DNA of 64,000 nt from Camelus dromedarius (taxonomy: Eukaryota), in NCBI RefSeq assembly GCF_036321535.1, contig NC_087437.1:22260001-22324000 (forward strand). The letters run 5' to 3'. The notes beneath the pieces were generated by a model, which worked only from the letters and a program-made list of their open reading frames with translations, did not search any database and had not been told where the DNA came from. Both the position numbers and the translations under genes were made by a program. How positions within the stretch are numbered: the stretch's first letter is position 1; every line of letters begins with the position of its first letter. Below, one piece after another: positions 9,345-22,205 of the stretch.

Positions 9345-10996
9345 CTACACCAAAAATAGCAATTTGGGTTAAATGTTGTGTAGGGAGCTAGTGTGAGGTG
9401 GTAGGTGAGAGGTGGGGAGAACCTGTTCATATAAGACTCTTCTAGGAAACTCGTGATGCTATTCTGGCTGCCCTGGTATCTCAGTAGCTGTGAGTCAGCG
9501 GAATAAAACATACACCGTGAGGCAGTGAACGGATTGCATAAGCACCATCCACAGACGCGGCAGGCGTGGGGCAGAGTCCGTTTTCTCTGATGTCTTGGTT
9601 TGCCCAGGGCTTGCCGTATATTATGGGCTCAGTGGATGTTTGTTGAATGTGTAACTGAAACTAGCACTGTAAACTGACTACACGTCAATAAGGAATAAGA
9701 ATAAAAATTTTAAAAAATTTAAAAAAGAAGAAAAAAAATATTCAGGAGTGTTATGAGTGATGGAGGTAGATTCTGAGTAACTATGCCAAGAATGAAGGGG
9801 GCAGATTTACAGCCAATGAATGAGGTTTTCCTGAGGGTAAAAGGCTAAGAAATGTCAATTCAAAGATGGACTTCTTAGGCCTAAGTTATTAGACAGAGGG
9901 GATGATGTGGTAATGGCACAGAATAAAGAGGCTAAAAACAACTTTTATGTGTCACTCACTCAGTCCCTCCTGTGTTCCTGCATATGCTCATATGTTTTTG
10001 TTTTATGTGCTAAACTAGTGAGGCATCCACATAAAGAAATGAATACCTATATTATAAAATAGAAAGCTCCCTTGTCTCCAGACAGTGGTTTCCTTGAGGG
10101 CAGGGCTGTCTCCTTCACCTGGATACAGTGCTTGGCACATTTTGGATGTTCAAGGAAAAAGTTGTTAAGTGAATGAAGACCACAGGCTCAGAGAGAGTAA
10201 AAGAACCGCTCAGAGGAACCCAGCCAGTTAGTTATCAGCCGAGCTGGGCCCCAGACTCCAGACATTTCCACCACTTTGGGCGTCCTCCTTCTGCATAGAG
10301 ACACGGAACAACAGGTCTCATCTGACTGAATAACTGATTTGGAATCCGGGAATCCGTGACTTTCTCGTTCTTCACTACCGAGCAGTGTCTGGAAAGTGGC
10401 TGGATCTCTAGGTTTACCTGAATTATTAAAAAGTAAGAAAACTCTTTTGATCTCCAAAAAACCCCAACTGCCAATTTGGCAAAATGTGTAATTTTTCTTA
10501 TCAGGTTCTAGTGTAGGTTTGGAGAGAGAGATTCCCCATTGGATATTTTTGGTACAGCTAGTTTTGCTTCCCTAATAAGCTAGAAATGCATTGAGATGAA
10601 ATGTTGAGCTCTGGGGGAATAAAACAATAACTTTTCTCATCTTTAAAGGGCATAAGTTTGGAAATAACAGTTTGGTTCAGGAGATGTAAGTAAAAGCTGG
10701 AACTCTACCCGGAATTTAACATGTGTGAAATAGGGAAGACAATTACCTCAGGCCAAAGGAGAAAGTGCATTGCTATCATCAGGTTCAGAACTAAATTCAG
10801 TGCTTAACTGAACTAATATTTAAAATATGCAGTAACATGAATTTCTCGTTTTTGTTTTGATTAAATCCTCGTGTTTTGTCGATTGTAAGTTGCCAAAACA
10901 ATTGGGTGCACAGCTTGCTCATGCCTATGCCTCGTATGACATGGTCACACATAGATTGGTGAGATGCAAAAGCCCCAAGCAAAGATCCATGCCCTC

Positions 10997-11372
10997 TACT
11001 GCACACTGAATGTTTGTGTTCCCCCCAAATTCACATGTTGAAGCCCTACCCCTCGTGTGATGGTATTTGGAGATGGGGCCCTTGCGAGGTAATTAGGGTT
11101 TAAAGAGGTCATGAGGGTGGGGCCTCTATAGAGGGATTAGTGTCCTTGTAAGAAGAGACTCTCTCTCTACCTGTCCACAGAGAAGGGGTCATGGGAGCAC
11201 ACAGTGAGAAGGTGACTGTCAGCAAGCCTGGAAGAGAGTTCTCACCAGAACCTGACCATTCTGGCATCCTGATCTCAGACTTTCAGCCCCCAGAACTCTG
11301 AGAAAATAAATTTCATTGTTTAAGTCACCAGTCTGTGGTATTTTGTTATGACAGCCTGGGCAGATTAACACA
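10997..11372 (+). mobile_element. MLT1A-like MaLR solo LTR
   Basis: actgaatgtttgtgttccccccaaattcacatgttgaagccct...ggtattttgttatgacagcc...taacaca. Confidence 0.85.
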
Positions 11373-13254
11373 CCCCTCTTGCTGGTCTTCATAAAAGTCT
11401 TTGATTTGAGAACCCTAAAGAGCTATGTTCTATCTTGGGTTTCTCTAAACTTGCCTGATCATGAAGATAATCTTGGCATCTGATAAAAATTCAGATATCC
11501 AAGTCTTCCCCTGGAGATTCTGACTTGGCAGTTCTGGGAAGTAGCCCTGGACTCTGTACTTTCAATACAGAGTTCCTGTATTTCAAGTGTCCCAGGTGAC
11601 CAGTGATCAGGCAAGTATGGAGCACAGTGGTCTCTCTCCAGTGTATTGCCCTCTATGTGGGACTCAAATCTCAAACAGGAAGAAAAAGAACATGGCCTCT
11701 TATGTTGTAAAGCCATCATTTTTAGCGTAAGGATAGGCAGAAGACCCATCTGCCCAGAGCCCAGACCTATCCGGTGCCAATTGTTTCATATCATCTAGGG
11801 GATGGGCTGGCAACTTGACTTAACAAGCTGAAGTCTTGATGATGTAACTCCTGAGAGTGGATTAATGAAGCATCGCACCTTGGCTTTTGTAGGAAGACTT
11901 TGTGTCTACCAAAAGCATCTGAATGTGTTTGTATGTATAGGCTTGATAAATGGTCTTCTTATCAGGATGAAATACTTGTTAAAGCAGAGGTGTGTACAGA
12001 AGGAAAGCACATTTATCTTTTCAGTAATACACCTTGCATCTTTTTAGTTATAAGGCATTTCTATATGTCTTATTTTCTCTTTACAACTATAGGTGGCTAT
12101 TACAGTCCCATTTTACAGATCAAGGCAAGTGTAATCAGATGGCTTTTAAATTCTCTTCTAACCTACCTATACCTCACTTTCAAGAGTGCATTTAGCTTTT
12201 AGGGCTGACGTGCCACCAGTGATGGTCAGGGATCAATGCCAGGTGGTGGGGAAGGATAAGCACATCCTGGAGTGGAAGCCAACCTTGCCCTCCAGGCCCG
12301 TATGTTACTGCAGGAAACCAGGTCCCACTAGCTATTGACTTGCTATGTCCCCACACTGCTATTTACACAGCACCCATGCACAGGACTAGCAGAGGATACC
12401 CCCAAATTGTACACACCCCATCACTCTTTGATTCCAATATACAAGTCACACCCTTCATGCTTTGTTTCACAGGAAACGGGGACTAACAAACTGAATGTGT
12501 TCTCCCTCTTTTCTTTGGATATGTTGGATTCTGTAATTGGACATTCCCTGTCTTGCCCTTTTGCTTAAGATTGTGATAAATCATTTTGCTGAGCTGTAGC
12601 TGGTGTTCAGATTGGAGCAAGGATTTAAGAGTCCAACCAAAAGCCCTCCTCTTTAAGCTGTTTCATCAATTTGTTCTCTCTAGTTCAAGGAAGGACTTCT
12701 GATTCTGCTCTGCACACAAGTAGAGAACACATGAATGGGATCCTGTCTTTGCTGCAGCCACTCTATTTCAAGAACAAGCTATCAGGATGGTACCTTCTCC
12801 TAGGCTATGCATGAAGCTCTGGTTTAAAAACAAGGAAAAGGTAGAAACCCACTATCCACACACACAGGTGAACATGTGTTCCTTTGGTTGACCTTGCCCG
12901 TTTTAAAGGAAATTGCCCAAGACGACTGCTGGGGCAGAAAGGAAGCCTGAATAAACCTGCTGGGTCAGCAGAAAAAGCTGGCCAGGAGTGACTGCAACCC
13001 ACTTCAGCCTGGTCTCGCTCTGCTATTCACGTCTGTTTGATGAATGGCTCTCCCTTCCAAGCCAAGCTGGTGTGTCCCTTCCTCCCCTAGCCTCCTCAGA
13101 TCTGCCATGCTGAACTGTTTCAGCTCCATGGCAGCTCCAAAGCAACGTGTACATACCTGCCTGATAGCGTTTATCATGTCGGAGTGAAGCTAATTGCTTA
13201 CATCTCCGTCTTCCTCTTTAGACTCTAAACTCCTTGAGGGCAAGAAATTTATTA

Positions 13255-16200
13255 TTAAATAAAATCTTTTTATTGTAAAATGAAAAAGGGCTACATCAAA
13301 CCTCACAGATCCAGTGTATATCTTTACACCATTACCTCATTACCTTATATCATTACAAGATGAGGAAATCTTCCAAGTTCCAGGAAATAGAACTTTGTCG
13401 CCTACCCTTGAAGCCCTTTCCAGGTGATTCATCCTAATCAAAACTTCTTTGTCTCCCCTAAAGCCAGTATGATGATTTTTATACTAATCACTTCCTTGAA
13501 TTTTTAGTTACAGTTTTATCACTCAAATGTGCATTCTGGCACACTACAGTTTGGTCTTGCCTATTTAAAAAAATGTGTTATGTCTTTTAAGCTATAGATT
13601 CCTCTTCCACCCTTTTCTTTACAATTTATCTGCTGAAGAACCTGGGCCATTTGACCTGTGGACATTCCCGTGTTCTGAATTTCTGATTGCAAACTCATGT
13701 GCAGCCCAGCATGTTCCTCTGCCCTTGGTATTGCTGCAAATTGCCAGCTGGATCCGGAGACTGGATAAGATTTAGGTTCTAATTCTATCCCTTTGGCAAG
13801 ACTAAAGATACCATATCTGCTTGTCTCTTTTTGTGTGATCTTCACGGCCAGTGATGTGTAATACCTCTATCTATTTGCTCTCTGGGATGCACAAATGATG
13901 AAATTCTAATTTTATCTTTTTATTATTTTATTAGGTAGAATACTTCTATAAAGAGCCACTTTTCGTTTGTCTGACTGGGATATTCTGTGGAATAGTCAAT
14001 ATAGGAAGAGCAAGATAAATGTTTGATTTACTCCATCTATTTATTTGTTTTCCAGGTAATGATTGGTTATGACCCTCTGAAAATAATGGATTCTTTGTTT
14101 AAATATCACTATAAGGTAATGAATTTAAATGAAGTTGATTGTAATTATTATCACTATTGAAGCTCAGACTGACCCTTCTTTGGTCAGCGGGTGTCCTCAG
14201 TGTGGCTTCTGAGTCCTACTGACATGATACCAGTATCTCTGACAGCTTCCTGGTCATCTGTCTGACAAGGTGTTGTAGGCTCATCTCGTACATTTCCTGT
14301 TTCAGACCTCAAACCAACTACTTCTCCAAAATTCTCTGGATTCTTTTAGTGAGAAATGGTATTTTAACTGCACCATCTGGGCACCAAGGGTTGCAATATA
14401 CAGTATTGGTAAATGTTTAACAACGGACTCTCTGGAAAAAAGGGCAGATCTGTAGCATTTCCCAATTTCTGTGGTGTAAATACTCCCATTATGGCTGATT
14501 CCAGTACACCAGCACTAAGTCACTAAATGTGGAGTTTGAACAGGATGTGTTCAGTCTGTTCTCACCAGCTGTTGCAAACCAGCTTTACCACACCACTGGT
14601 TATATATGTCATGAGTTCCTATGGATACTTCCAATTCAATTTCAAGCGTTTCTGATTCTCAAGGACATAGGAATGATAGAATAGTCCATAGTTACTCATT
14701 TGTTTTATCCATGGTATTACACTTACGGGGTCTCATAATAAGAATACTGATACTACCACCATAATAATTACATAATATGTTAACATTTTTTGCTTATCCT
14801 CCCTCCATTCTAACATCTCATTAAAAAAGGAAAATCTATAGTACAGCTATACGTAGTTGGACTATATTTACATTGTCAGATCATATAGCCATTGCATTCT
14901 ATAATCTCTCTCTCTCAGCTCTCACTTAATCTTAGCTCTACAGGTAACTGTATATTTAATGCTCACTTTCAGGCCTCTTGTCAATGTCTTTCTAGTCACT
15001 TTGATTGTCTGAAGCTTGTTCTTCAGTAGATTTCTCAGTAAGGACTTACGGGAACATTCTCTGAGTTCTTGAGTATTGATAACAGTTTGTACTCTTTATA
15101 CATTGAAAGTCCATTTTTCTGGACATAAAATTGTTGACTTGCATTTTCTTTACTTGATTACTTAAATATGTTTCTAACTTCTTTTGACATAAGGAGTTTT
15201 TCCTGAAAAGTCTAATGAAAATATAGTTTTATTTCCCTTCTAAATCACATGTGTTTTTTTCTATAGATGCCTGAAGAATTTTTCTTTAAAGTTCAAGAAT
15301 TTCACTAATTTTTTTCTGATGTTGGTTGATCCTAGTTGATAGTCTTAGGTACATGGTGTGTTCTTTCAATGTGTAGTTTCAAGTGTGTTAAATGTGTTGC
15401 ATTTCAGAAAAGTTCTCTGGAATTAGGAATTATTCTGTTTCCTTGCTTTGCTTTTCTTTTACAAGAATTCCTATTTTCTGAATGTTCAATCTTCTTTGCC
15501 TGTCTTCAATATTTGTCATTTTTCTCTTGAATCCTTTTAATCTTTTTCTTCATTCTTTTTGATTCAAAAAACTTTTCTTTCTTTTCACCTGGTATTTCCT
15601 CTCAAGATATTAGTCATTGTGTTGATTTGCTTTTGTAGTCCTTCTAATTTACTATTCATGTCTGAAAGGGTTTTTAAATTTTAAATTATTTACAGAGGTT
15701 CTTTTTTTCTAATTCAGATACATCTTATATCATTTTCTTAATGCCTTTTAACTTGTTTTAGTATAGTTTGTTGTAGTTTTGATACATTATGGGCACATCT
15801 CTCTGGCATGCTTCCATTGTTTGCAGAGATGTTATTCTGGCCTTTTTTCATCCTTTTTTTTTTCTTATAATAACACTGTATGGGTTGTGATTTCTTTTCT
15901 GTTGTTCCTTTTTATGTGAAATTAGTTCTCCTGAACTTATAGAATGAGGCCAGGTTCAGGAAAGCTTTTCTGACTCCATAGGGTTCCCTCTTCTGTTATT
16001 TTCATATAGTGGTAGACATGGTGGTCTACCAGAATTTGCATTCTGAGCTTTCCTGCCATGTTTCCCCCACTAACTGGTCTGGACCTTGTCTTTCCTTTGT
16101 CACTATCATCTCTATGCAGCTCAATTTTGATTCCACTCCAAGGATGTTTCTCCCGAGTGCAGGGCCCTGACCTGGAAGAGGGCCCTGGGGGATCCATTCT

Positions 16201-16620
16201 GAGAGCTCTTGGGAGTCTCAACTGCCCCGTCCCCTTCAGGACCTCTTCCTGGGGACTTTTACTTGCTCCTCTCAGAGAAAGCTATACCCTCACTCCCCAC
16301 CCCAACACATGTGTTAGGAACATTTATCAAATTGGTCCAACTACACTTTCCAGGAAATACTATTGGCCATTTGGCAGATCTCCTGATTTCAAGTCCGTCA
16401 GATGCTACCTCATTGCTTCCTTTTCCTCCTGGATGGACACTTGAGCTATGGGTGGTTCATTTCTACTCACTTGTCATTTGGAGTTTGTGAGAAAACTTGC
16501 CCCTAGTTTTGTTGTAAATGTGTCCATGGATTTTGGCATTGTTATCTAATTGTTCTGCCTATTTTGATGCAGGGATTTGGAGGGATTGAAAGACTGCTGC
16601 TGGTACCACTGCCATCTTCC
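13255..16620 (-). mobile_element. Degraded L1M fragments
   Basis: Long T-rich antisense L1-like stretch with no intact ORF. Confidence 0.65.
14400..14600 (+). mobile_element. MER63-like hAT-Blackjack element nested in L1
   Basis: cagtattggtaaatgtttaacaac...gtagcatttcccaatttctgtggtgtaaatactccc...caccactg. Confidence 0.6.
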
Positions 16621-17337
16621 CAGAATCCTCCTGGAACTGTATTTTATTTGATCTCCTATTTTTGGTGATTAGTATCTAGCATATTACATGTGAATGGAGA
16701 TGTGGTCTAGTTAGATTTGTAAATTGTGCTCTGTATGAACTGCCTTAACTGACTGGAAACTGTCTGTAATTTAACCAATGTAGCTTAGATCTACCAAAAT
16801 GGACTTCCTATGTCACAGCTGGTGAGTCAGGTGGTACCTAGAGCCGTGATTCTTACCCTTCCCTGGCCTTGGACTGGTGTCTCTGAAAAAAATGCCCGTG
16901 TGCTCATTATTTGCATACAGTTTCACATGACGTTTCAAGTGCTCCCCTAGAGCCCCTGAGCTAGGAAACTCTGGTCAAGGGTGATTAAGTATTAAGCGTG
17001 AGGGCCGACTGAAGGCAGATAAAGCGGTGTGCCTGCTATCCTATTTGCATTGGGAGCCAGTTTTATCAGGTATCTATAGGATCTACCTATCAAATGTTGA
17101 TAGTTCTCTTGGGCTCTTCCATTCCAGACAGACAATTCAGGGACAGAGAAAGGGCAGTGGAGTTCATTGGAAAGGTTAAAGGAAAGAAGACAGTTGTAGG
17201 AGACCAAAGCAACCAGCTAAGTAGGGCAAGTGGACACAAGATAAACAGGGAGAGATGTTGGAATCGCGAGGCTGGAGGAAACCTGAGAATTCACCTGATT
17301 CACAGCCTCAGCTCTAAATACAAAGGCAAGTCCAAAC

Positions 17338-17485
17338 TTGGGGCTTCTCCAAGTGTGGTCACCTGATCATCTCCATCAGAATGGCTTTTGCTTGTTAAAA
17401 TGCCGTTCTGGGCCCTTGACCCTGACCCCCTTGGGTGGGGGCCTAGTGATCTGCATATTAACAATCCCTTGAAAACCACTGGTCT
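17338..17485. mobile_element. MER5A-like relic
   Basis: cttctccaagtgtggtc...cttgttaaaatgc...ctgcatattaacaa...ttgaaaaccactg. Confidence 0.6.
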
Positions 17486-18543
17486 AAGTGATGCAGAGGA
17501 GAATGGCACCTCGGCTTTTAAGGGACTCTGGATGTGGAGGGGCCACATCCACGAGCCGCACGGTGCAGGCATTCAACAGGAACAGTGACGACGACAACAT
17601 TACTTTTACTCTTACTACTATCGCTTCTCTTCCTACTATTGTGCCCTTAAAATTTTTCCATTTGGGCACAGGATGGGATCACCAGATTTCCAGGAATCTT
17701 TGCTGCCTGTCAGATGCAGTGAAATCCATTTGCACCGTATGGAATGGGACATTTGGCACACTGTTTTGTGAGAAAGTGGTTCTGGAGAAAAATGCTGCTG
17801 TTACTCACATGGAGTGGGTCTTGGCTTTTCAAGGCCTTCTGGTTAGAGGAAGGGCTGCCCAGATCCGGAGCCCCTGCTGGCTCATGGTGATTTTGACAAA
17901 AGGACTTGACGGGTCACCTCCCTTGCAGCGTGTTGGAGAACTGGGCTCTCTGAAGTAACTGCCCCAGCGTTCCAAGTCTCCACACTGGTTTGGAGGGAAA
18001 TTTCTGTTTGATTTCTGCCCCCAACACTGATTAGATAAGGTCATGTGAGTATTGGAGCCTCAGCTGTCTCCCTTGGACGTCACATTTAAGATGGAGATGG
18101 CCAGGCCTGCCCGAGCCCTCTGTGGTTCCTTCAGTACCCCATGGGGCTGGGCCCTTCCCTTGATATCCAGAAGCGAGAGCGGGTTAGAGGGGCCTGGTCC
18201 CCATGTGGGCATGGGCAGCAAGCCCATGGGGATGCGTGGCTCTACTCATCTCCTACCTCCGGGGAAACAGAGACAGTCACTTCTGCACTGGCAGCCTCAG
18301 TGTGGACTCTGTGGGTCAGGATGCTCAGAGCACAAAGCTAAAGAGGAAACTATCTTCAGTGCTTTCCTGGGGAAGAAGACAGCAGACACCAAACACAGAT
18401 GGCTGGGGTTCTGGCTCTGTGACTGCTTCTCCATTTGAGCAAAGGTCTCCAACTCTTTGTGCCTCTGTTTTCTCATTACTGAGGAGAGACATGATGCTGT
18501 GTTAGATCTGGTTAGGTAATTGTTTAGAGATTACAATTATCTT

Positions 18544-18990
18544 GTGTCTTTGTTTCCGAGGGCTGTGTAACAAAGCACCACAAACTAAGTGGCTTAAAGT
18601 AACAGAAATGTATTGTTTCCCAGTTCTGGAGGCCCGGAGTCTGAGATCAAGGTATGGCCAGGGCTGGTTCCTTGTGACGGCCATGCGGTCCCAGGCCCCT
18701 CTCCTAGCTCCTGGATACGGCCAGAACTCCTTGGTGTTCCTTGTCTGGTAGGGGTACCACCCCCTCTCTGCCTCCATCTTCCATGCTTTCTCCCTGTCTT
18801 CACATGACTGTCTTTTTATGAGCAAACCAGTGACGCTGGATCAGGGACCCACCCTATTCCAGTATAACTTCATCTTAATTTAACAAATTACGTCTGCGAC
18901 GAACCTATTTCCAAATAAGGTTACATTGTGAGGTGCTGGGGGTTAGGACTTCAATATATCTTCTTTGGGGGGAAACTATTCAGCCCACAA
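18544..18990 (-). mobile_element. MLT1B/C-like MaLR LTR
   Basis: gggctgtgtaacaaagcaccacaaactaagtggcttaa...cctatttccaaataaggttacatt...gttaggacttcaatatatc. Confidence 0.85.
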
Positions 18991-19049
18991 CCTCCTGCTC
19001 CTTCTGGATAATCCTAAATCTTCTGTTTATGTATGTATTTATTTTGGGG

Positions 19050-19290
19050 TAGGAGTTAAAAAGACAGACAGGCTGGGTTTGAATCACAGATCTGCTACTT
19101 CTTCTCTGAGTGTAAGCAAATTTCCTAAGCTCCTTGAGCCTCATTTTCATCATTCAAAAAATAGAAATAGCTCACAATAGTGACCTCAGAGGGGAGAGGA
19201 TTAAGTGAGATAAAAATAGATCCATTTTTTAGCACAGGTCTGGGCACCTAATAAGCATAGACAAACATTAGTTAACATTATTATTTTTTT
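19050..19290 (+). mobile_element. MIR SINE
   Basis: ctgggtttgaatc...gagcctcattttcatcattcaaaaaatag...ttaagtgagataa core. Further MIRs at about 24380-24560(-), 34850-34960(-), 35600-35770(+), 38215-38490(+), 47730-47930(-), 54410-54570(-). Confidence 0.7.
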
Positions 19291-19779
19291 CCACTGTGCC
19301 CTTGGAGGAGTTATAAGTATTAGAAATCTATTTCAAATATCCCCAAGTCAATTTGCTCAGCCCCCACATGCCCTGCGGAGTTCCTGATTTTCCTTCTGCT
19401 GTCTGCTGGAGCCCTGAGAAAGAGATGTCCAAGTTTCTCTCAGAAGATTCCCTTCTATTCTTGGAGAGGTGCCCCTTACACGGGGGTGTCCAGGGAGGCT
19501 CTGCTCACTGCTGCATGTCAGCAGGATTTCCATGGAGTGCTTACAGTTCGAGGCTCCTCCATGGGAACGAGGCACTCACTCAGAAGGTGGGGCTTTCGTA
19601 TTGGGCATCAGGCTTTTAAGGTCACCTTAGAGTAACCCTTTCTCATCATCCTATTTGTTTTTCTGGGCCCTGGTGGTCATTGAGGCCAATCCGACTTTCC
19701 CATCCTCTGAAGACACCACCTCTTCCAGGGCATTTAACAAACTCCTTAGTAGAACGCTCTTTGAAGAAGACAGATCGCT

Positions 19780-19819
19780 CCCTCTCTCCCTCCCCTTCTC
19801 TCTCTCTCTCTGTCTGTGA

Positions 19820-19873
<54 letters not shown>

Positions 19874-19874
19874 T
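19780..19874. repeat. Compound microsatellite (CT)n/(CTGT)n/(CA)n
   Basis: Read directly. Confidence 0.95.
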
Positions 19875-21789
19875 TGACGGTGACTGCTTTAACCCATTGA
19901 GTTTGTTACGCGTGTGGGAGTCAGGATAAGTGACACTGGGCTATTTTGCACTATGGGATGAAACCCATTCAGGGGACATCACAAACTCTATTTCCTTTGA
20001 CTGAGAGGACACCAGGGGAGAGCCCTTTACTGTTACAAGGTCGCATGTCATAAATAATCTCATTCTTATCTCCAGGCACATTTTTCTCTCAGATGCAGTC
20101 ACTTTCAAACTTTTTTTTCACCTCAAACCCCTACCTGGAAATACATTTTACAACTGCTCCTCAGTACATGTCCTAGCATCTGCTCAGTCTTACAACTAAA
20201 AATACTTCTGTGATGCACTTGGATCTAGTCCTATTCCTATTTTTATTCCTAGCCCTATTCTCTCCCATCCTACCCTGTCCCCTCTGACTGCTGTGTGCTT
20301 CTGCTCGGCGTTGCTGGTAGGCACTGGTATCCAGATATCCAGTTCTAGTGTCACTTCTACACTGACGCATAGAAAGCCAGCAACCCCCCAGCTGATGCTT
20401 TCCCTGCCACAGAGGCCCAAGGAGGCCTCGGGTTGAGATGGTGGGGCCACACATCAAAGCTTCCTGGATGACTAGTTGCCACATGGTAGACTGTTGCCCT
20501 AGAGGCTCATGTACATCCTCAGCAGCCTTTAAGTGAGAGAGAAATAAAAGTGTTTGCTGGGCCCCTAAGATCTGGGAAGTGTTTGTTACCACAAGATAGT
20601 CTTACCTATTCTAACATGGTATTCTGTCTTATTCTAATTTTTCTTTTCTTTAAGAAATGCAGGTCTTGAGTTATGGGTAGCCTCCTACAGTTTGCAAATC
20701 ATTTTTCCAAAGCATTTGCCACACTGATAGCCCCAAAGTTTAGACAGAGCGAGAACTCCACAGAGGAGGGAGAGCACGTAGCAGTGCCGTCTCTCCTCAG
20801 GGTTCCACCTTCCTAGGATTGGTTGGCTTAAGGACTGGATGATTGTGTGACTTGGGACATAGAGAGTCAGGCTGCAGTAGCTTTGACTGGGGAGTCACTG
20901 GGAACTAGTTCCAAAGGTGACCGAATCGTGGACTTGCCTTCCTGTGGGACTTTGCCTTTTGGCTCTATGTGCATCCAGATTCAGGCCTCATGTATTCTGT
21001 GTTTTATCAATAGGCCTACATGCACTGAGAACCCAAATTACAGGTGTATCCTGGCTATTACTAAAAGAAGCTGGAGTACAGATGCATGGTTGCTACCACT
21101 GTCCTGTGGAGTGGAGACGTCAGTGGCCTCCATCGCGGCCACGTCCCTTGCTAGACACATGAACTTCATTGTCCTCAGCTGATCCCACAGCTTTCCAACC
21201 TTGTTCCCCACACTCTCCTCAAAGCCTTAGTTTCTGGTAAGGGAAATTGGGCCCTGATTCCTGTTTACGTATCCCTTGTCCCTTGGGGCCTTTCCCTCTT
21301 TCCTCCATTTGAACAGCTTTTCTTTGCACCTTGGCACTTGGAAATCCTAAATCCTTTCAGACACAGATCAACTGTCACTGCCTCTGAAACCCCAGGGATC
21401 TTTTACTTACTCCTCTCCTAGGACTTGCCACTTTCTACCTAATGGTTAGTAAAGTACAGTGCTCCTTGTCTAACCCCACCTTGAACTAGAGCTGTTCTCT
21501 TTTAGCGTTTTCATCTTGGGGTTCCACACAAAATTCCATCCAAATAAAAGAGTCCCTATGACCTTTAACCATAATAAACAACAATAACCAAAACACATAC
21601 CCCAAAGTTAGGAAACCCACTGACCGAAAAAACAAGGTTGATCGACTAAGGCTGAGAGGCAAGGCCTTTGTAGGCTACTCACATTTCCCACATTGACTAA
21701 GTACTTTTATCTTTGCATGCTCTGTTTCCTTTACCAGGAATGCCCTTCCTCACTTTGTCTTTTGGGGAGGCCTATTTATTCTTTAAAGC

Positions 21790-22205
21790 CTGTGGGATAG
21801 ATTGCTTTCTGCCTAGCCAATATCCAGTCTCCCTTTCCTCCTTACAGTGGGCAGAGATTTTATTTCCTCAGCAGATTTGGTGGCCAATGGAATGGAAGAA
21901 ATTTGTTGGGTAGAATTTTGAGAGAAGCTCTGCAAAGAGAGCATCAGTTTTGTCCTTTCTCCCTTCTTGCCTGGAACTGGAATGAGCCGTCTGATGCTCC
22001 AGCAGCCATTTTGGGGCCATGAAGTAAACTTGAGGCTAGCAGCTGTATACTAAGGATGGTAGAAAAGAAAGATAGGAGGACCATAGAGATACTGATGATA
22101 TCATAGAAGTCTGTTACCAGCTGTAGACTGTTTAATGCTGAACATTTATTTTGATTAAGCCATTGTTATTTGTATTTTCTTGCTATATGCAACAAAACAT
22201 AGAGA
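21790..22205 (+). mobile_element. Old MLT1 (J/K-like) LTR
   Basis: cagcagccattttggggccatgaag...ttaagccattgttatttgtattttcttgctatatgcaac MLT1 3' signature. Confidence 0.55.

Noticed and set aside
10747..10812. Exon-like segment with GAG|GTAATT donor (LSTEFSSEPDDSNALSPLA)
   Set aside because: No pyrimidine tract and a TGA just before the donor in the only plausible frame.
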